Assembly: GCA_964016885.1 (NCBI GenBank)
Contig: OZ024745.1
Location: forward strand, 134,354,001 to 134,418,000
Direction of reading: 5' to 3'
Length of the DNA: 64,000 bases
Source: Eledone cirrhosa
Taxonomy: Eukaryota
Positions 53,719 through 64,000 of the stretch are shown here, one piece after another. Each line of letters opens with the position of its first letter. Positions within the stretch are counted from its first letter, which is position 1. The notes under the pieces were generated by a model. It ran no database searches. It had not been told where the DNA came from and worked only from the letters and a program-made list of their open reading frames with translations. Both the position numbers and the translations under genes were made by a program.

Positions 53719-53844
53719 TAAGTAGTTAGCTCATAAATATTAGAAACTGATTTAGTTTTGAGACCAGCTTGCTTGAAACGGCCCTTGGTTCTATGATACA
53801 AAACAGTCTGTTTTAAAATATTTATGTTTATATCAAAACCATCT

Positions 53845-54434
53845 TCTTCACATACTTATTTCCAAGAGGGTTGTGGGAGTAGAGTCCTCAAACACTCCTT
53901 CCAGCGAGTCCTGTCAGAAGCAACCCTCTCCAACTGATTCGGCTGGATTGCCATGTGAGATCAGCCAAGCTCGTGTATGTTATCCAACCATCTTGCTTGG
54001 GGTCTACCCGTGGGTCTCCTGCCAGTTGGTTTAGCCCATAAAATATGTCTAGCGATTCTTTCCTGAGACATTATAACCACATGTCCATAGTATTGGCGCT
54101 GTGATCTCTCAAATCGAAGAAGTAGCGGCTCTACCTGGAGTGATTCTCTGATCTTCGAGCTATGCACTTTATCGTGTAACGTTATTCAAAAACCCTTTGG
54201 AGGAACCCCCATTTCATCCATGTGCATTCACGATCATATTCTTTCAGTCATTATCCAAGATACATAACCATAGGTAAGGGTTGGCATGAAAACCAAATTA
54301 AAGACAGCGAGTTTGGCTTTAACCCCTACCTCACTTCTTCTGATTAGTGAATGCTGAAGCTGGCATATTACTGCACCAGCTCCTGCAGTTCTTGCACTTA
54401 ATTCAGCCTCCTGCCTTCCATCACTTGTGAACAT
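53845..54434 (-). mobile_element. RTE LINE 3' fragment (second family)
   Basis: ORF 54234-54434 is almost identical to ORF 33264-33464. Confidence 0.9.
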
Positions 54435-54461
54435 ATATAGGGAATATTATATTTGATATAA

Positions 54462-54650
54462 TAGCGGTGGATTGGCAGTATCGGTAGAGGGTCGGACGCC
54501 ATGCTTTCCAGCATAGTTACATCCCTTTACGATCTGAGTTCAAATCCCGCCGAGGTTGACTTTGCCTTTCATCCTTAAGGGGTCGATAAAATAAAGTACC
54601 AGTAATGCACTGGGTAATTGCTGGCCTTGTGCTTAAAGTAGAAACAATTA
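54462..54650 (+). mobile_element. tRNA-derived SINE, full length
   Basis: Boxes A and B, with ~20-bp TSD ATTATATTTGATATAATAGC. Confidence 0.9.
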
Positions 54651-55339
54651 TATTTGATATAATAGCTTAAATATAGAATCTAAGTTGGGATGCTTGTGTG
54701 TGAAACAAGTGGAGATTTATGAAGTTTGTGATGCCTAGAAAATTGTCATGTTACTGGTTACACAAAACTACTTGAGCTGATCTTTAGTTTATTCTGCGGA
54801 AAAAAGCCCTATTTTCACAACAACATTAAATGTATTATGTTTGCATGTGAACTTATTCACAATTTAACTGTACACATGCAGTCTCAGTGCTTTAATTAAT
54901 TAATAGATGCTTATAATGAATGGAAATGAGAAACAAAAGATGGATGTTGGCTCCATTGAAATACTTATGGTATTTTCTGTTTGGAAGACTAATAGATGCA
55001 GGTGTGTCTTTATAAGCTGATAAAAATTTAGATGTGTTTTTCACAAGTAGTTATAAGCTAGTGTCTCCCTCTGTAAAATGAACAAAGTAAACATTCCTGA
55101 TAAATAGAAGAAAACTAGGTAAAACCAATAGAGTTGTCTTTCAGTTCTGAAGAGAGAGCTCTATGGTTTAACCACATTATTTATATTGCAAATATAATGA
55201 GTTCAAATCCCGCCGAGGTTAACTTTGCCTTTCATCCTTACGGGGTCGATAAAATAAAGTACCAGTAATGTACTGGGTAATTGCTGGCCTTGTGCCAAAA
55301 GTAGAAACAATTATTTATATTGCAAATAAAATATTTGTT

Positions 55340-58300
55340 TATCCTTATTCAGTAATCTTTCATAATGGCTCTTCCATGCAGCTTTCTTTTTGGCAAGTGC
55401 ACCTTTATCATCCCAGACATACTTCTCACCAATGATATCGTAATTTTCTCTCACTCACTGCCTCACAATCCTAAACACCTCATGTTTCTGGTCCTCACGC
55501 TGCAAAACATGCTTGAATTTTTTATCCTCTGCTTCCCTTCTAGCTAAGTATACTTGCTGTCTAGCTTGCCTCCTAGCCTCTATACAGTGTTTCCTGCTCC
55601 CCACATTCTTCCATTGTTTCCATGCCTGTCTCTTGGCCTTAATTGCCTCATCTACCTTATTGTTCCACCACCAAGTCACTCTCCTCCTCCCTGTGGTCTT
55701 GTTCCAACTACAAATCTTGTATGTTATTTTTTAGGAACTCCCAATGCTCTTCTATATTCAATGTCTCTATCTGGTCTTCTTTACTATCACTATCAAAAGT
55801 GTCAAGCAAAATATCTCTATCATAATTACAGTTTAACATCTATTTTTCCATGCTTGCATGGGTTAGATGGGTCACCCACATCATGAGACAAATCTGGCCA
55901 GCTGGCCGCGCCATACATTGCTTAGACGGAATTGTATTTTGGCTGGGATTTTTACAGACAGATGCCCTTCCTACTACCAACCACATTTACAGAGTGGAAC
56001 TGGATGACACCGTTATGAGAGGGATCTGACCAGTTAGCTGCGACGTACCTGCTCACATCAGAACCATAGTTTGGGAGCCGGGTGGTCCTATTATGAGGGA
56101 GGTCTGGCTAGTTGGTTGTACCATGTCTTGCTCATAGAGGGGCCGTGTTACTGGGTGGACTTTGCAGGATTGTTCACTTGGGTCTTCTGTCCTATGTTGT
56201 AGTGCCAGAGGCCTCGGTCCTGTAGCATCTACATTTGAGAGGTTCAGCTGAGCCAGTTCAGCCTTTATTATTATATACCACGTCTTGCTAGGTCTTCCTC
56301 TTTCAGGGCATCCTACAACCTTGAGCGCCCTGCACCTTTTTATACAGCTGTCATCCTTCATGTGCATCACATGTCCATACTACAGCTGTCTTCTCTTCTG
56401 CACACTGCATTTGATCCCTCTTATGCCCAAGTTCACTCTCAATTCATTTACATTTTGCTATCCGCATTTTGTTATCTGCGTATAGGTGTTCCCATGGACA
56501 ACCACGCTTAAATTCCTCTCTTATAGCCTGTAGAACAATAATGAAGAGGAGGGGGACCTCCACTTGTACACTGGTGGACCCCCCACTTGTACACTGAATT
56601 CCTTACTGTACTCTTTGTTGATTTGAACTTTGATGGTTTCCGCACCCCACCCCCTGTACATGGCTTGTACTGCTCTCATGAGCCCCTAATCTACCCCTTG
56701 TATTCTGAGGGGCCACCAAATTATGGATCGAGGGATTCTGTCAAAAGGTTTCTCTAGGTTTGCGAAGGCTAAGTAGTGTAGCTTGCTTTTAGCCAAGTAC
56801 TTCTACATTTGCTTCACAAGGAAGAGGGCCTTGGTGGTACTTGTTACTGGCACAAATCGAAACTGCATCTCATCTAGGTGTAATGATACTTTCTGTAACT
56901 TTCATGACTTGGTCAATTAGCTTGATGCCTCTATAGTTCTCTCTAGGGCATCTCCTTTACCCATGTAACAGTTGACAATGATGTTGCTATTTCAGTTACT
57001 GGGAATGACACCATTCTGTATTACTTGGTTTACAACAAGGGTGGTTAGTGTCCCAGATACTTTCAACATATCAGCAACTATTCCAAATGGTTCAGCTGCT
57101 TTACCTGTCTTCATGTCCTTAATTGTCTTACTTCCTAGGCTACTGCTTACTTGTACACTGTTGGGTATGCTTGCAGTAGCCTGTTGTCCTCATTCATCAG
57201 CCTCTCATAATGGCATTTCCATGCAACTTTTATTTTCAGTGTCAGTGAGGGCAAGTGTGCTATTGTTGTTATTGATGCATATCTCACCAATAACATCACA
57301 ATTTTCCTTGACACATTGTCTTGAAATCCTGAACACCTCTCAGTTTTTGTCCTTGCATTGTAAAACATGCTTAAATTTTTCATTACCTGCTTCTCTCCTT
57401 GCCATGTATACTTAGCACTTAACCTCTCTCCGAGAGTCTTCGTAAGGGTACCTGCTACTTCCACTTTTCCATTCTTTCCATGCCTGTCTTTTGGCTTTAA
57501 TTGTTGCATCCACCTTATGATTCCATCACCAGGTGGCTCTCCATCTCCCTAGGACCTTGCTCGATCCATAGATCTCATTTGTCATTTTCAGTTGGTTCTC
57601 TCTCAGAAACCCCCACTGTTCCTCTATATTGTATTTATTTCCTCTTCCTTACTATCAAAGGAGTCAAGCAATATTCTCCTAAATTTGTTACAAGTTGAGG
57701 GCTCCTTCAGCTTCCATATCCTTCTCCTCCAGGTTGCCCTCTGACTCCAGATATGCCTGGTTCTGATTCTAAAGACGCTGACTTCCAGGTTATGTTGGGA
57801 GGTGCATTCCTTATCTGGGATGCTTTTTGTGTTCACAACCATTGCTCTATCTTGTCTTCTGGTGAGGATATAGTCATTTTGATTGGTGTGCTCACCTGAA
57901 CTATAGGTGATCAGTTGATTTGCTGGTTTCTTAGTTTCAGATAGTCATTTTATTGGTGCTGCAGAATTCCAGGAGTCTTGGTCCTTCCTCATTTCTTGTG
58001 CCAAACCTGAAACATCTGTGGAACCCATAGTATCTGTCGCTTTGTCTTTCCACATGTCTATTGAAGTTGCTTGCAATAATGGAGAAGTCAGCGTTTCTGG
58101 TTTGGGAAGAAGTCTTTTTTGTTTATCTGGCAGACCAGATTGGGGTAGACAGACATGATTGATACCATTGTTCTAGTTAGGATGAGCCTAAGTGAAATGT
58201 TTCTGTCATTCACTGCAATTATCTTGTCCCCCATTTTCCTGCTAGCATAATACCTACACCTCCTAGTTCGCTGTCACTACCTTTCAAGAAGAATTTAAAA

Positions 58301-58560
58301 CATTGTTTTTCTGCCTACTAGGAGTCTAGAAGATTCTCCTCTCTACCTGATCTCTTGTATACAGCAACTTTCTTTTGTTCAAGCATCTCCACAATCTCAC
58401 CTGACCTACCTTTCAGCATCCCAACATTGATGGTTGCAGCTCTCAAGTCTTGAGGAGGAGCTATTCTCTGCCTGGTGGTAGAGGATGGCTTGGTGCTGGC
58501 TTTTTGTGTTTGAAAAGGAGAGGGTCGGCGTGGTTGCTCAGAGCTGGGTGTTCACATCAT
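55340..58560 (-). mobile_element. Two RTE LINE pieces: fragment ~55340-55805 and a near-full-length degraded copy ~55820-58560
   Basis: TWWWNNKVDEAIKAKR motif, endonuclease start ATINVGMLKGRSGEIVEML near 58440, RT remnants and 3'UTR. Confidence 0.85.
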
Positions 58561-59574
58561 AACCTTGTTTATTATGAATATTTCTTACCAACCAGTTATA
58601 TTAGGTGATGGTAGATGGGGATATTAGTGGTGCAGGTCTCAGTGGTAAGTGTTAAGGTGCACATGTAGGTGGTGCAGGTATTACCTATAAGGATGTTAGG
58701 TCTGTAGGTTTTGGTGTTAGGTTGTCAAATGACGCTGTCCTGTACTATTCTGACAGGGATATTGTCGTGACAGATATAAACTAATTTAAATGTCAATTAT
58801 TTTACATAAACACTTTGTGTACATAAGATATATATGTAATTATGTATATATGCACTCTCACACAAACACAGATACATATATATATATATTTAGAGAGAGA
58901 GAGATGTATATCATCATCATTTTATGTCCACTTTTCCCTGCTTGCAAGGGTGGGACGGGTCAGCTTCAGCATCTCTCTATTCGTCATGGATAGGTATGTG
59001 TATGAACACACACACACACACCTATATACATCTATATGTTTGTGTAGAGATTATTTCTTCAACTATATTTATACCCACCCCCAACAATTCTATCATCAGG
59101 ATCATTAGCTAAAATTAAGATAAAATTAAATTAACTCCCTATCTAGTGTTGAGTCTTATGAGTTGCTCAATATTAGATTTACATGGTTCATTTACTAAAC
59201 AGCCCAACTTTTCTTACATTCTTTTAAAGGTTTTCACTTGTATAACCTGACCTCAATAGAAAATATCTTCTGTAATTGTATCTTCTCCACCGTCACACTT
59301 AGCCAGTTTTGGCCAGTAGATATTTACACTTAATCCTTTGCCCCTATCTTAGTCATGCATACCAAACCCACCATGCCTTGCAGTGACAAGCCTGTTAATT
59401 GAAGATGGTTTGCAGCTGCAGTAAATTCTGTAGCCCATCTCTGAATCAAACATTTTCTCTATTTTCTCTGTTCATATCTTCTCTGTGTTTGCCGTAATTC
59501 CTTTATTGAGTAACTAATGTAGTGTATGTATGTGTATATATATATATGCGTGTGTGTGTGTGTGTATATATGTA

Positions 59575-59606
<32 letters not shown>

Positions 59607-59689
59607 GTGTATATATACATGTATGTATATGTATATTTTATCTATTTGACGTGAAGCTGGGGCACTGATGCTACACTTACTGTAGCCAG

Positions 59690-59809
59690 CCATACCATTG
59701 ATGCATAAGGGAGTTTGTTGCTGCTGTTCTTATTTGTGCTTTGTCTCATGCTGTGAGTTCATCCGGGATCTCGGTCAGCAGAATGTCCCTTGAAGACATC
59801 AATTTGCAC

Positions 59810-59810
<1 letters not shown>
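59690..59810 (-). mobile_element. CR1/L2-type LINE ORF2 C-terminal remnant
   Basis: IDVFK...[12 protein letters not shown]...IRTAATNSLMHQ resembles the FK..LD..L..IPDEP...AASNSL tail of such LINEs. Confidence 0.55.

Positions 59811-64000
<4,190 letters not shown>

Noticed and set aside
54462-54560. tRNA genes
   Set aside because: Box A/B sequences belong to multi-copy SINE heads with TSDs, and I see no full cloverleaf.
59681-59789. Apparent AG/GTAAGT-bounded exon with in-frame TGA (selenocysteine or edited stop?)
   Set aside because: The translation fits a decayed CR1/L2-type LINE C-terminus, and all three frames contain stops.

Overview
Eukaryotic, AT-rich, repeat-dense animal DNA. The SINE/RTE content and large (TA)n tracts suggest a cephalopod such as Octopus, which is inference. 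The main gene is a complete 9-exon DCLRE1A/SNM1A (interstrand cross-link repair MBL/beta-CASP nuclease) on the minus strand, about 32005 to 9710. I assembled it by hand: all introns are GT-AG, phases are consistent, and the CDS is 2748 nt (915 aa). A second, unidentified coding-like segment lies on the minus strand at about 42800-41960. The rest is mostly transposons: RTE LINEs, a Penelope-like element, Helitrons, a hAT/Buster fragment, piggyBac-like, Tc/mariner-like and Merlin/MULE-like MITEs, and a tRNA-derived SINE. There are also minisatellites and a >4 kb (TA/TATG)n array at the right end. The most notable observations are Penelope-type hammerhead-ribozyme-like motifs in sense orientation on both sides of DCLRE1A (one in the probable 3'UTR), a triple-nested SINE>MITE>SINE in intron 1, and an orphan reading frame that stays open past in-frame TAA stops. 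No prokaryotic system or CRISPR array is supported.
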